A DNA stretch of 64,000 nucleotides from Octopus sinensis (taxonomy: Eukaryota): positions 97,030,001-97,094,000 of the forward strand of contig NC_043002.1 of NCBI RefSeq assembly GCF_006345805.1, written 5' to 3'. Shown here piece by piece: positions 26,251-40,364 of this stretch. The position numbers and the translations under genes were made by a program. Below the pieces are notes generated by a model. It ran no database searches and was not told the DNA's origin. It saw only the letters and a list, made by a program, of their open reading frames with translations. Position 1 is the stretch's first letter, and the number at the start of each line of letters is the position of its first letter.

Positions 26251-26329
26251 GAGCTGTTGGAAATGATTTAAATAAGGAGTTGGAATCACTCGATTTAAGT
26301 CCAGAAATTATAAACGATATTACTGAGAG
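26251..26329 (+). CDS. LRR protein, exon 7 (phase 1 to 2)
   Basis: Long T tract plus cgtAG acceptor, GTAAGA donor at 26330. Encodes (G)AVGNDLNKELESLDLSPEIINDITE(R). Confidence 0.78.
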
Positions 26330-26988
26330 GTAAGATTTCATAGCTGCACTGTGGTTATAACAGGCAGAACAGAGTCTTTAAAAGGTGGATTGTTTGACAA
26401 AATATTTTACTGTGTCTGATTAATATTCCATTCTATAAAAACGTGTCTGACCATGGGGAATTATTGCATTGTATAGAAATAAATAAGGATTTCATGAATA
26501 AACGACGTTTGACTAATAGAAGCATGAAAATGTGGACTTCAAATCTATTATGACGGTGATGGTGAATTTTTATTTCTGAATCCTCTAAAATCGACAGAAC
26601 AAATATCAGTTATATGCCGAGATTGTGAAAATGGATTACGCTAAATGATTACTGGGGTGGAAGGATACTGACAAGGTTATTGGCTGATGAAATATTCTTT
26701 GCTTGAAAAGAATATTTCATGTCTAAGAAAGACATTGTCCATTGTATAGAGACAAAATGAGAACTCACAAAGGAAGAAATAAAGGAACCTAATATTGGAG
26801 TGAATCAACAACAGAATATGGCATTATCCTTTGATTATGGGTTGTAGAGTACCTGGAAATATTATGCATTCTAAATGGAAAATTTTACATGAGACACACT
26901 TGATACTTATGGTCAAGCATTTGTTTGTAAAATTAATATTGAGTTTTAGATATCTTTCTAACATCTAATTGCGTACGTTATTATATAT

Positions 26989-27021
<33 letters not shown>

Positions 27022-27198
27022 TCTCGCTGGAGCAATGCTTTGAAAGGTGTTATTCGAACAAATTGACCACACAGCTTGTTTTTTAAGCTATCACTCATTT
27101 TATCGGTCTCATTTGTCGAACTGCTAAATTACAAGGACATAAACTCACCAACACCGGTTGTTAAGCGGTGATGGGGGAAACACAGACACAAAGACACA

Positions 27199-27262
<64 letters not shown>

Positions 27263-27460
27263 GTATGTATGTTTTTCCAGTGTTTACAAATATCACGGAA
27301 AAAAATAAACAGTTTCCAGGGTAGCAAAAATTCACACAAGTAACAAGGATATAGCACTCTATTTATAAAGGTAGAAATTTCAGGTTTAGGTGAAATGTTT
27401 TGTATAATATAGGTAAATAAATAAATGGAGTTAAACGCAGGTGTTATTCAAATTCTTTTA

Positions 27461-27549
27461 CTTCCGACATATGTTTCGAAGTCAGCATTGGTATTATTCC
27501 AAAAGGAATAAAATGGTGTAAAACAATGCAATCTTTTCATCAGTGAAAG
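27461..27549 (-). ncRNA. type I hammerhead-like motif with long helix II in a PLE-like remnant
   Basis: Reverse complement reads CTTTCA-CTGATGA-[AAG..GCATTG..TTATTCC TTTT GGAATAA..CAATGC..CTTC]-GAAA-C ATAT G-TC/GGAAG. Confidence 0.6.
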
Positions 27550-28424
27550 AAAGACACCAAACACATCAATAAGACATTTTAACGGTATGTGCTCACTGCG
27601 TATAATGATGAAAGGGAACGCTATCAAGTTTTTTTTTTTAAACTGTTAGTAGATATAACGTCAAAGGTAGTTTATAGAAAGAGAAGGAGGAGAAAGAAAT
27701 TAGGAGAAAACTAATAGCGGAGTGATATAGAGCGATAGGTGAATTTAGAATACAGCTTGAAGGTATGGAAATAGGGATATTTTGTGGAAGTGCAATATAA
27801 GAAGACAAAGACGAATTTTATAGAATGGTAGAAATCACCTATAGGAACTAAAGGTATGTTTCTGCCAATGTTTGCAACGATAAGCCCGTTCTATAAACAT
27901 GTTTATAAAGGGATTCTTTGAGAAAAGGATGAAAAAATATTTCACTATGATAAATATTTCACTATTTATAAGGTAAAGAAATGACTAGAAAATTCCATTC
28001 CAAATTAAATCGTTTATTATGATCTTTTAGATACCAGATTGATTTACTAAGCCCAGTATTGTTAAGTTTATTGATATGCCTAAATGTAGAGTAAAAATTA
28101 AATATTGTTTTGGAAAACTGAGATGAAGAACTACCTATATAAAAAAGACGTCAGAACCGGAAGTAATGTTACAGTATACCGCTATTCGTCTCGGTCCCCC
28201 ATCATCTCCCCTGAAAGCCTCAACACCTTAAAGTCAGTCTTCACCAATTCGTCCCACGTTTCTTAGGTTCTCCTCTTCTACAGATTTCTTTCACGTTTAG
28301 CGATCGCATTTCTTTAATACAGCCGTCTTGTATATACAACCAAAATAGTTATGTGTAGCGAAAGATATCTCTGAAACTAATCAAAACATAAATTCTCATG
28401 GGTTTTATATAATTTTCCTTTCAG

Positions 28425-28461
28425 GTTTGTGAAACTACGGTCTAGCATCTCCAAATTATAA
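28425..28461 (+). CDS. LRR protein, probable terminal coding exon (phase 2 to TAA)
   Basis: ttttcctttcAG acceptor. Encodes (R)FVKLRSSISKL*. Phase matches exon 7, but there is no transcript support. Confidence 0.55.
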
Positions 28462-28834
28462 GAGAAACTTGACGTAATGAAGTGACAAGAGGAACTCCAA
28501 GAAGCAAACGAGCAAACATTTATAATTCATTGAATAATCTAATTTAAACCTTTTTGAAAAAATATGTAGAAATAGAGTCGCACACACCTATACACACATA
28601 TGTATGTGTATGTGATCAAAATTCAAATACGATCTCATTAATAGAATTATCATGTTTCCCATTTTATTGTAAAAAAACAATCTGGGTGTGTTTTTATACC
28701 TAACACATAGAAACTATCATTTCTTATTAAAAGCTTGTGTCAAGTGCATATATTTATGTACTAAAATTCATAAACTTTTTTATTTACTTATTTACTTATC
28801 TATGTTATACATTGTGTAAATTAATGCATATGTA

Positions 28835-28865
<31 letters not shown>

Positions 28866-29729
28866 CAGACAGACAGACAGAAGACGGAGTCTGCATGTGC
28901 GCCATAGTAAACGAACATTTCCTTTAAAATGTAAATCAGACGCAAAACCAGCACTCCTTGCGGTCTTTAGAAAACTAAAGTATATATAGCATGTTGCGCT
29001 TTGATTTAATATCGAAAATTTATACAAAGGACATTTACAGATACTGGCTTCAAAACAAATATATTCTACACTGTAATTATTGATTTCAAATATTTGCACA
29101 AAGCCAGCAATTTTAGAGTAGGGGTTAAGTCAATTACATCGACCCCAGTGTTCAACTGTTAATTATGCCATCCACCCCGAAAGGAACTCCGAACGTAAAG
29201 GCGGACGAAATGCCCCTTAAACCGGCGTGCTAACGATTCTGCCAGCTCGCTGTTTAATTCTATTCCGTAATTATTATTTCATATCTATACCAATAATATT
29301 TTGTTCCCACAAGTAGATAACTAAATATTTTAATTAGAATTTTTAAATACTGAGATTTTCAGGTGAAGATAGTAATTTGTAACATGCCCTCTGCATACAA
29401 AACAATGAAATATGCAAGAATTTCTAAAGTCTTCCGTGTGCTCTGAAGGAAATGCAATAAAGTGTAGCAAAAAGGAGCCAGTCTGAAAAATGGGATTTTA
29501 CATAAACTTAGAAGTGAAAATAGCTCGAAATTTGAACATATATTTCATCTGACATTGTTAGCTAGAAAAACGAAATAAAATTTCCCTCTATAATTTTAAG
29601 CCAGTTATTTCCTATATATTTTTCATGGCACATACTTTTAAAAGAAAATTATCTTGCAATCGGGAAAACTAAGAGATCTGCTAGTTTTGCGAGATCTTCA
29701 GCTGAACGGTGAACAAGAAAAGGAAAGCC

Positions 29730-29792
29730 GAAACTTCCGTTTCCATTTTAAAATTACGGAGGATGTCGGAAAGGTTAGGTGGGAAGTGACGT
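29730..29792. promoter_or_regulatory. candidate core-promoter motif cluster (ETS, YY1-like, ETS-CRE)
   Basis: ACTTCCG at 29733, CCATTTT at 29743, GGAAGTGACGT at 29782, all in non-repeat sequence. Confidence 0.3.
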
Positions 29793-29810
29793 AGATATAT
29801 GTATGCATAA

Positions 29811-30040
29811 AGGCGGTGATCTGGAAGAAACGATAGCACGCCGTGCGAAATGCGTAGCCGTATTTCGTCTGCCGTTACTTTCTGAGTTCAATTTCCGCCG
29901 AGGTCGATTTTGCCTTTCATCATTTCGGGGGTCGATAAATTAAGTACCAGTTACGCACTGGGGTCGATGTAATCGACTTAATCCGCTTGTCTGTCCTTGT
30001 TTGTCCCCTCTATGTTTAGCCCTTTGTAGGTAATAAAGAA
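29811..30040 (+). mobile_element. SINE family A
   Basis: Head, B box GAGTTCAATTTCC and body. Confidence 0.85.
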
Positions 30041-30289
30041 ACAGATATATGTATGCATATACACATATAACGACATAAGCTATCTACTCCTGTGTTCATA
30101 TTATGTATGTGTGTGTGTGTGTGTAGTTACGTACATGCAAACGTACATACAATCATACATACTGAAATGCAAACGCACATAATTTCCAACAGATAAAAAC
30201 CACGATGTCACAAGAAGTACTGATTCATCCACACGCATGCATTTTAGGCGGTGATCTGACGTTAAAAAGTTAAATGCTTTATATTTCAA

Positions 30290-30780
30290 CATCGTTTAGA
30301 CTTCATTGTGATAATACTTATCAAAAGTTGTCTCGATCGACACCACTTGACAATAGAATAGGTCGTCACTCTTCGCATCGCCTTTGATAGATACACCTGA
30401 ATAACTTCATTCAGGTGATTATTTTAGATTAATATCTCAGGTGGGTATAAATAGCACGAACATCACGACGATCGATGTAATGTTGGCAGCAAATATCCAG
30501 TATACGTTGCTTATCCAGAGATGGGAAACGGATTAATATTGTGCAGATTTCCTTTGGTTCTTAGCTTCAGACATATATCTATGAGATTTTATGATTATTT
30601 TGTGAGATTGCTGTCTTGGCTATTCACCAATGTTGTTATTTTTTTTCCAAATATTTTTCCTATTATGTTGCTATCTGAAACTATAATCACATGTCATGCT
30701 TCAATAAAACTCAGTCACATTTCTATCAACATACACTTATTTAAAATCATTGGAATCCACTTCTCTGTCTTTCTTGTTTG
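30290..30780 (-). pseudogene. possible decayed YWTD-repeat remnant
   Basis: Minus frame gives VYVDRNVTEFY*S (TGA where W is expected) and LWISNVYWIF, resembling DWIxxNLYWTD blades. Many stops. Confidence 0.3.
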
Positions 30781-31207
30781 TTTCTACTTTCATTGCTCAC
30801 CTAATAAACATCATTTACGATTGGATAAATATACATACACACACACAAACGTGCACACATATTTATACACACACACATATATATATACATATATATACAT
30901 ATATATATATATTATACATATATGTATGTATATATATATACATATATATATAAATTTATATATATATATACATATATGTATGTATATATATATATATATA
31001 TATACATAATTTATATATATATATATATACATAAATTTATATATATATATATACATAAATTTATATTATATATATACATATACATAAATTTATATATATA
31101 TATATATACATAAATATTTAGATATGTATATATATATTATATATATATTTACATATATATTATATATTTATATTTACATAAATATATATATATATATATA
31201 TATATCT

Positions 31208-31238
<31 letters not shown>

Positions 31239-31267
31239 TATATATTATATATATATATATATAAATA

Positions 31268-31405
31268 CAGTGTACATTTAAACACATAAGAGGTATCTGT
31301 CACAAGGTTCCTTGCACGCTAGAAAGAACAGTTAAATTCCAAACTTGCCTTCTAGCGTGCAAGGAACCCTATGATGGATACCGCTTATGTGTTAAAGGTA
31401 CACTG
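31268..31405. mobile_element. MITE (foldback, TA-flanked)
   Basis: CAGTGTAC...GTACACTG termini and long internal complementarity (aggttccttgcacgctagaa / ttctagcgtgcaaggaacc). Confidence 0.75.
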
Positions 31406-31498
31406 TATATATATATATGAATAATATATAGTCTATTGACAAATTTTTTTACACACTGGTAATGGAAATTTCAAATATTTCTGATTACCCTTTGACAT

Positions 31499-31606
<108 letters not shown>

Positions 31607-31613
31607 ATATATA

Positions 31614-31657
<44 letters not shown>

Positions 31658-31659
<2 letters not shown>

Positions 31660-32053
31660 CGCAGGAGTGGCTGTGTGGTAAGTAGCTTGCTAACCAACCA
31701 CATGGTTCCGGGTTCAGACCCACTGCGTGGCATCTTGGGCAAGTGTCTTCTGCTATAGCTCCAGGCCGACCAATGCCTTGTGAGTGGATTTGGTAGACGG
31801 AAACTGAAAGAAGACTGTCGTATATATGTATATATATATGTGTGTGTGTGTGTATGTTTGTGTGTCTGTGTTTGTCCCTCTAGCATTGCTTGACAACCGA
31901 TGCTGGTGTGTTTAGCGGTTCGGCAAAAGAGACCGATAGAATAAGTACTGGGCTTACAAAGAATAAGTCACGGGGTCGATTTGCTCGACTAAAGGCGGTG
32001 CTCCAGCATGGCCGCAGTCAAATGACTGAAACAAGTAAAAGAGTAAAAGAGTA
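31658..32053 (+). mobile_element. SINE family B
   Basis: Full-length homology. Confidence 0.88.
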
Positions 32054-32499
32054 ATATGCATGTATGTGCGCGTGCGTGTGTGTGTGTGTGCATGCATTAT
32101 ACTTTCGCAAGATGCGAGGGTGAGATGGACTTCGAAGTTTCCGGTTCTTCCTCTTTATTTTGTGAGTTCAAATCATGCTGGTGCCAACTTTGAGTTTTAT
32201 CGTTTGGACTCGACAACGTAAAGTACTTGTTAAGTACTACGTCAGTATCGTTGACCATCCCTCGCTCAAATTTCATGGTTTATAACGGTTGCCAAGAATA
32301 ATTATCATGAAAATGAGGTCTATGATGCATTAACCTACGATAATTTCATGAGAGCATTGTCAATTTTTTAACAGTATCTAAGCCCATCAGAGTAAAAACA
32401 AAAAAGTTTCTCTGTAAGACTATAAAGATATACCAAGTGAGAAGTGACAATAGTCTAAACCGGTCAACTATTCTATAACTAATCGCATACACGCAGACG

Positions 32500-32940
32500 C
32501 ACGCACACATACATATATATATTTCATATTGAATATTATGTATATTAATATATATATAGGTAAATGTAAAAAAGCACAAACTGGGACAAGAACACAAAAC
32601 ATTTAGAAGGCGATACAAAAAAAAACGGACGGGACATTCGAAGCCTTCGATCTTCAGTCAAGAACCGGATCATCTTCGCAATTTCGGCTGATTAATCTTG
32701 AGATTGCTCCGACCTGGCCAGCCCCAAAGGAAAATCTAAGCCAAGCGCATTAGATTCCTTGGAAGAAAGCCACGATTGTATACAAAACAAGGACGGGAAC
32801 GAATAAGAATACAAAAATACGTAAAATTAATAATGATAACACGAATAAGAATACGAAAATACGTAAAAACAATAATGATAATAATAATAACAAAAACAGG
32901 ACGTTACAGACAGGCGTCTTTTCGACAGGACGGGTGAACT
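32500..32940 (-). mobile_element. PLE pseudo-LTR-like remnant
   Basis: Eroded CTGAAGA...GAA motif on the minus strand, a 42-bp internal duplication and (TA)n ends. Confidence 0.4.
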
Positions 32941-32978
32941 TGATATATATATATATATATTACATAAAATATATATAC

Positions 32979-33384
32979 AGCAGGAGTGGCTGTATGGTAA
33001 GTAGCTTGCTTACCAACCACATGGTTCCAGGTTCACTCCAACTGCGTGGCACCATGGGCAAGTGTCTTCTACTATAGCCTCGGGCCGACCAAAGCCTTGT
33101 GAGTGGATTTGGTAGACGGAAACTGGAAGAAGCCCGTCGTATATTTGTATATATATGTATGTGTGTATATGTTTGTGTGTCTGTGTTTGTCCCCCCCACC
33201 ATTGCTTCACAACCGATGCTGGTGTGTTTACGTCCCCGTAACTTAGCGGTTCAGCAAAAGAGACTGATAGAATAAGTACTAGGCTTACAAAGAATAAGTC
33301 CTGGGGTCGATTTACTCGACTAAAGACGGTGCTCCAGCATGGCCGCAGTCAAATGACTGAAACAAGTAAAAGAGTAAAAAGAGT
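32979..33384 (+). mobile_element. SINE family B
   Basis: Full-length homology. Confidence 0.88.
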
Positions 33385-33590
33385 ATAAGCCATCCTATTT
33401 GTATTTTATTAGACTATATATTTTTACCTCCTGTGATTTTATGTGTATGCATTATTTTTATGTGTTTGTAGACCATAGTATATGATTAAATGTTTGAGGG
33501 TGGTGTTGTAATGTAAAGTCGTTAACCGAAATTTAATGTGTGTTCTATAAACAATGCTTCTTTATAATATATATAATATTTTACGTAAAA

Positions 33591-33985
33591 TCTTTATACA
33601 TAAAAGTCAAGTTGTGTATCTGTCTCCTACGATTTAGATTCCTAACTACTCCCACATTTTGCGGTGCAGTTTAACCAAAACCGGGTATCTTATAGTCGTG
33701 ATTCATATCGAGACCTTCTGGGTATTAGCGCGCGTCTACGATGAGTCTACGATTAAAAAAGAAATTACCATCATATTTTTCCATTTTAATGCATTCTTTC
33801 GCTATTATATAGGGGAAGTAACTCTCTAAAAATGTCTACGATGAGTCAACGATTAAAAAAAATTTACCATAATTTTTTTTCCATTTTTAATGCAATTTTT
33901 TGCTGATTTTTGGCTATAACTCTCTAAAAATGCTTATATAGTTAATTCCCTTACAAACCCGAGCAACGCCGGGAGATACTGCTAG
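33591..33985 (+). mobile_element. non-autonomous Helitron
   Basis: A|TC 5' end, subterminal hairpin CCCG-AGCAACGC-CGGG at 33958-33973, CTAG|T 3' end. Confidence 0.8.
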
Positions 33986-34199
33986 TACTATATAAATTTG
34001 TTAAAAAAGAAAGCTAAACACCAAGGCAAAAACTCTCAAGTCATATATGACTTGAGATATTATTAAAAATTATTGAGCAATTTTTAAAGTCTTACAGCTG
34101 TTTCAGGGATATTCCAAAAACGTGGAATATACCATCATTGGAGACAGATGGTGAGTAAGTGAGAGGGTATAGATTATGGAAACGATGAGAGATGTAAGA

Positions 34200-35150
34200 A
34201 AAGGAGAAAAAGGAAAAAAAATACATAGATGTTCACAGTTTAAGTTTCCGATAGTACAGGTGCTAATCTGTGAGCCTTTAGGTAGAATCCAATATGAATC
34301 CAGATAAGATAATATTCCTGATATTGTAGAAACATACTTCCATGTCAAAGATTCATAATGTAATATATAATATTTTACGTAAGATAAAGAATCCATATCC
34401 AGCATATATGAAACAAAACTTATGTCTTCCCCACGTAATCGCTATACAAAAGTAACAATTATGGTTAAAGAGTTTCCGTTGCCAACTATATACACATGCA
34501 GGTACTGTCACTTGAAGGTATTGTTCAATGCGCCACTTCTAAATCTTCTAAAATATTCATACATCTTTAAATTAGCGATAATTCAGTCTTGTATAACCCA
34601 GTCAAGTATAATAGGTGTAATAAAAACTCTACTCTTTACGTATAAACAATGTGGTTTGTTAGTGAATTGTATAGCGTTAAGCAATACAAATGGTACGTAC
34701 TATAATCAATAATCATGGACACAATACAAAAGATTTTTTATTTCGCTTTAGATTCGGGAATGTGTGAGTCATAAAGAAAGAAATTCAAGTAATAAAGGAG
34801 TAAGCAGGAAAGATAGATTATGTGGGTATTTCTGTAACAACATTCTTTAGATGTATGATACACAAGTTGATACTTTCGCAGCAGAGAGTGAGCCTCTTGA
34901 ATGGCGAATAAACGAACTAGTTGTAATCTTCTATTTTACTATTGTTAAGGGGTTTAGGTGAATTTGCGCACTTATTTTATATGGCACTGAACATGGAATA
35001 TAACGCTCTATCTTCTTATATAGCTTTTATAATTTGTGGTGAAGATCACACACAGCAAAATTCTTATAGTCGTTTCACTTAGTAATGCTTTTCATTACGG
35101 ATATTGTCCGATCAGGTTCATTTAAGGCGCTAGCCTTGACCATCACATTT
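34200..35150 (-). pseudogene. possible decayed YWTD beta-propeller plus EGF (LDL-receptor-family-like) coding remnant
   Basis: One minus-strand frame, interrupted by stops, gives KNLLYCVHD, ILDWVIQD, GALNNTFK and ends GSQISTCTIGNLNCEHLC (C-x6-C-x3-C, like the EGF that follows YWTD propellers). Confidence 0.35.
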
Positions 35151-35195
35151 TAACTTTATAGACATTCTACATAAAACTACACTATCCGGTCTGCA

Positions 35196-35583
35196 GAGGC
35201 GCAATGGCCCAGTGGTTAGGGCAGCGGACTCGCGGTCATAGGATCGCGGTTTCGATTCCCAGACCGGGCGTTGTGAGTGTTTATTGAGCGAAAACACCTA
35301 AAAAAGCTCCACGAGGCTCCGGCAGGGGATGGTGGTGATCCCTGCTGTACTCTTTCACCACAACTTTCTCTCACTCTTACTTCCTGTTTCTGTTGTACCT
35401 GTATTTCAAGGGGCCGGCCTTGTCACTCTCTGTGTCACGCTGAATATCCCCGAGAGCTACGTTAAGGGTGCGCGTGTCTGTGGACTGCTCAGCCACTTAC
35501 ACGTTAATTTCACGAGCAGGCTGTTCCGTTGATTCGGATCAACCGGAACCCTCATCGTCGTAACCGACGGAGTGCTTCCATCC
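35196..35583 (+). mobile_element. SINE family C
   Basis: TSD atccggtctg at 35184-35193 and 35584-35593. Confidence 0.9.
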
Positions 35584-35926
35584 ATCCGGTCTGTCTTTAA
35601 TTTTAAAGATGGAAAGGAATTCGTGACATGTTTGATTGCTATTGTGAAAGCGCCTGGCCTAGTGGTTAGGGTGTTACGTTCACGATCGTAAGACGGTGGT
35701 TTCGATTCCCGGACGCGAATTTTTTTCCCACGAGAGTTCCGGGGATCCATTTAGGAACTCATTTGCATACCCCAATCAGTGCTCAACTATCAAACTAACT
35801 TATGAACGTATAACAAGTGTTGGGCGATAAGTTAAGGTCACTGAAACTACTATGCTTCTTTTTCTCTTTTAATAATGTTTGTTGTTCTTGTTCTTGTTTC
35901 AACCATGGCTGCCTCTGCGTAGTTAT

Positions 35927-36342
35927 TTACTCTTTACTCTTTACTCTCTTTTACTTGTTTCAGTCATTTGACTACAACCATGCTGGAGCACCGCCTTTAG
36001 TCGAGCAAATCGACCCCGGGACTTATTCTTTGTAAGCCCAGTACTTATTTTATCGGTCTCTTTTGCCGAACCACTAAGTAACGGGGACGTAAACACACCA
36101 GCATCGGTTGTCAAGCAATGCTAGGGGGACAAACACAGACACACACACATATACACACACACTTATATATATATACACATATACGACAGGCTTCTTTCAG
36201 TTTCCGTCTACCAAATCCACTCACAAGGCATTGGTCGGCCCGGGGCTATAGCAGAAGACACTTGCCCAAGATGCCACGCAGTGGGACTGAACCCGCAACC
36301 ATGTGGTTGGTTAGTAAGCTACTTACCACACAGCCACTCCTG
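35927..36342 (-). mobile_element. SINE family B
   Basis: Full-length homology. Confidence 0.88.
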
Positions 36343-37999
36343 TACTTTGTAAAACAGTAAGGGGTTGCTAGCACATCACCTTCTACCCACATTTTTCCTA
36401 TCCACGTCTTTAGCATATGGGACCCTAACAAAATCCAATAATAGATACAGATGCAAAGCTATCTAATTACTTGTCTCCTAAAATCAGGCCTATGTTGGCG
36501 ATCGGTCAACTTACAACATCGTTCTTTGTCTTGAGTTTACTTGGTAGAGTATGTTTGTTATCTTGACAACAAGGTCAAGGTGAGCTCTGATTGGCTGTAT
36601 GCAAATGAGTTCATTACTGGAGTCCGGAACTCACGTGGGGAAAAAATTTCACTTCCCGGACCGGGTGTTTGGGTGTGCTCTTGAGCAAAGTACTTCATTG
36701 CACGTCGTTTCAGTTCACTCAGTTGTAAATGAGTGACCTTGCCATGGATTGATATCTCGTTCAGAGGGAATATTGTGGTCTCGGTGACTTATACACCGTG
36801 GGAACTTAGCAACCGTCTCTGTCAGACCTACGACTCAACAGTACTTACTTTTACATTGGTTGCTATTTCTAGCAAGTCAAGCAATCACATAGAACGAATG
36901 TGTACATTCCACAGAATTTGCTGTGATTCGATGAGGATTGTTATCTGAATTTTAAGCAGTAAGTATTATCTTAGTATTAAAAATATCGTCCGTTAAATCA
37001 CTGAGATAAAGATATGAGCTTAGGACAGATTACTAATCATTGAAGTCGACTCGGAGAAAAACCAACTAATGCATTTTACTTGGAGATGTTCTATCTGAAA
37101 TCTTCCAAACAATTTTATTAACAATATGTAAGTCTATGGGGTGACGTTTTAACAGGATAATATTACTTCGGAACTGAATTAGTGGACAGAAGTTTGAAAT
37201 TAAGAGCAGCAAGTGACATTTTGTGCGCGATGTCGGAAACAAGATATCATAGCAAAAATTTACGCTAATGATCGCCGAGAGAGTGTTAAAGGAAATAATT
37301 ATCTCCTTCACTTTAGAAATGTTAAATTATAGGGCAAGTGGTAGGTTCAGAGATATTGCGCTTGCTAGTGATTTAAGACATATAGTTAGTTTCAATATCT
37401 CGGCTTAGTTCCCAGCAGAGAAAGACATAGAAAGATGGACAGATAACTAAAGAGAGGGAGAAATGGAGTGTGGGATAGAACTTTATTCTGACAGAAGCAA
37501 TCTGTTTGTCTCAGTTGACCGAGATATCTTCCACGAAACTGAGAAATATCTGATATTTACAAAAGCTTTATAACTTAACCTTCGCTCATGTTTCTGATTC
37601 AGTTAAAATTTAGAAAGTAATATTTAGTTTTCCTATATTGCATCACTAACAAATCTCTTATTTTCGTTTATATCTTCCTACTTTCCCAATGACTATTAAA
37701 AACAAACTTTCAATATTTTATTCCTCTTAGCTTAATTCCATCTAACTTTTGTTTCTAAAATTCCTCAACATCTTTAAAATAACATATACCAATAATGCAC
37801 ATGAGTGTTATTTTATATCAAATATTAAACATACGCAGTTTATTACCTCTGGTGTAAATGCATCAATGTTACACCTGACAAACTGTCAAACACTAAATAT
37901 AAATATGTGTGTGTGTATATATGTATTTATATATCTATCTATCTGTGTGTGTATGTATGTATGTATGTATGTATGTATGTATGTATGTATGTATGTATG

Positions 38000-38047
<48 letters not shown>

Positions 38048-38166
38048 TCATTCCAGTTTTCTATATTCATTTATATTTGTTTTCTCTTTTTCTTATATTC
38101 ATTGCTCATCATTTTTCTCCATCTCTTCAACCACTCTCTTCTCTTCTTCACACGCTTATATATATA

Positions 38167-38215
<49 letters not shown>

Positions 38216-38475
38216 ATGTATGTATGTATGTATGTATGTATGTATGTATGTATGTGTGCGTGTGAGTGTGTGTGTGTGTGTGTGTTTGTGTTTGTGTGTG
38301 TGTGTATTATTTTTTTCTTTCGTTAACTCCATTCACGGATACGGCATAATATGCGTTATTCTACAATTACAAAACCATATAGAAGTATGTTTGGGAGTAA
38401 CACGTGCATTTCACACCGACATACACATATATCAACGTATAACATCACACCAACAATCGCTTACACACACACACA

Positions 38476-38506
<31 letters not shown>

Positions 38507-38986
38507 CACACCACACACACACACACACAATCATACATGTACAAGCGCACATATACACACTCATTCGTGTTAACAGTATTCCAATCAGATTAAAAACTTT
38601 TCTTCTAATTAGTATTTCGATTCCAACACTACCCGTTTTTCTTTTCAAATACAATTCCGATAGCTAACCAAATGGAAATTTCACGATATTTTGGTACTGA
38701 ACACCCTCCAGCAACACTTTCTGCTTCTTCTTCTTTCACATCCATTCTAATGCAGTCAATAGTTTATATATTCATACACACACAACAATTGAATCTATGC
38801 ACTGTATGAATATATACGTTATGTACATACTATCTATGTATTAATGTGCTTAATATGTGTGTGTGCGCGTGTGTTTGAGTGTGTATTATATATATTTGAC
38901 ATATATTATATATATATATACATATATAACATTTATTTAACATATATTATATATATATATATATAATATATATATATAATATATAT

Positions 38987-39040
<54 letters not shown>

Positions 39041-39082
39041 AATGTGTACATGTATCAGTATATATATATATATATATATATT

Positions 39083-39128
<46 letters not shown>

Positions 39129-39475
39129 TCTGTGTGTGTGTGTGTGTGTGTGTAAAACGCTATCTCTATATGTGTGGTAGAGATGGAGAGAGATGCAGAG
39201 GCAAAAGAGTGAAAGAGTAAAACATTACAACAGTTATTTTCTCTTAGCTCTGCATTATTCTCCTCCTTCTCTCTAGCTTTTTTTCTCCTTCTCTGCGTTT
39301 GTCTTCATTTCTTTCACCTTCTCCTTCTCACTTTTTTTTTGTTTTCTTACAATTATTGTCTGTCTTCCATTCTCATTTCTTTTATCTATAAATATTGTGC
39401 TATGGCATTAATTTTTTGTCCTATTTTTTTTTACTGCAGAAAAGTAAACTTACTTTAAATTGTTATTTACGCAAA

Positions 39476-39510
<35 letters not shown>

Positions 39511-40100
39511 CTTTGCTACCATTTCCCTTTTTTTAAAAATTTCTTGTTTCGTTTTTCTTTTTTATATTTACTGTTTCGACTTTTTGTATGATATACAAAG
39601 AGAAAGGCAAAAAAACGGTATAAAATTATGAAAGAAAACGCAAACGTTGTTGTGGTTTACACTATGATGTATATTTAGGATTTCAATTAAAATCTCGCTT
39701 ATGCATCCACTGCCTGTTCGAAACCAAAGAACAAAGAATGCAAATATCAAAACCATCTCTTCTCTGCGTTTTCAGTTAATACACACACCAATAATCCTCA
39801 TATCTTTTTTTGCTGACTCAGACTAGATACTATTTCCCCATACTGTTGGTGTGTTCTTTTCCCAGGAAACAATATTTAGTTTTAACGATTATATGTATGA
39901 GTAAATATATTGGTAGGACAAGATGAACATTGAAATTATGAATATGCGAGAGTTGATCGATAGCCAGGCTGCTGATTTGCGGGAGAAACGATGTACTTTA
40001 GTCATACTAAATGTCACTTTGTAAAATGCTCAATTTACTCATTTACAGCTTATATGAAATGAAATAGTAGAATCGTAGAACCGGGTATATATATTATATA

Positions 40101-40185
<85 letters not shown>

Positions 40186-40333
40186 ATATATAGATATATA
40201 TATATATAAAACAAAGAACTGCATTTCATTTGAAAATTCTAAACGCCCTGGGCCAGGAACATTAAAGCCATAAATTGGTTTTCCGAAAAGAGAAATGGAA
40301 TTCTACAACTCCAATTACCACTACCACCACAAT

Positions 40334-40364
<31 letters not shown>

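Noticed and set aside
32625-32665. Minus-strand CTGAAGA...GAAT GTC hammerhead-like motif
   Set aside because: GAAA is broken, there is no helix III C, and helix I is unpaired; at best a relic.
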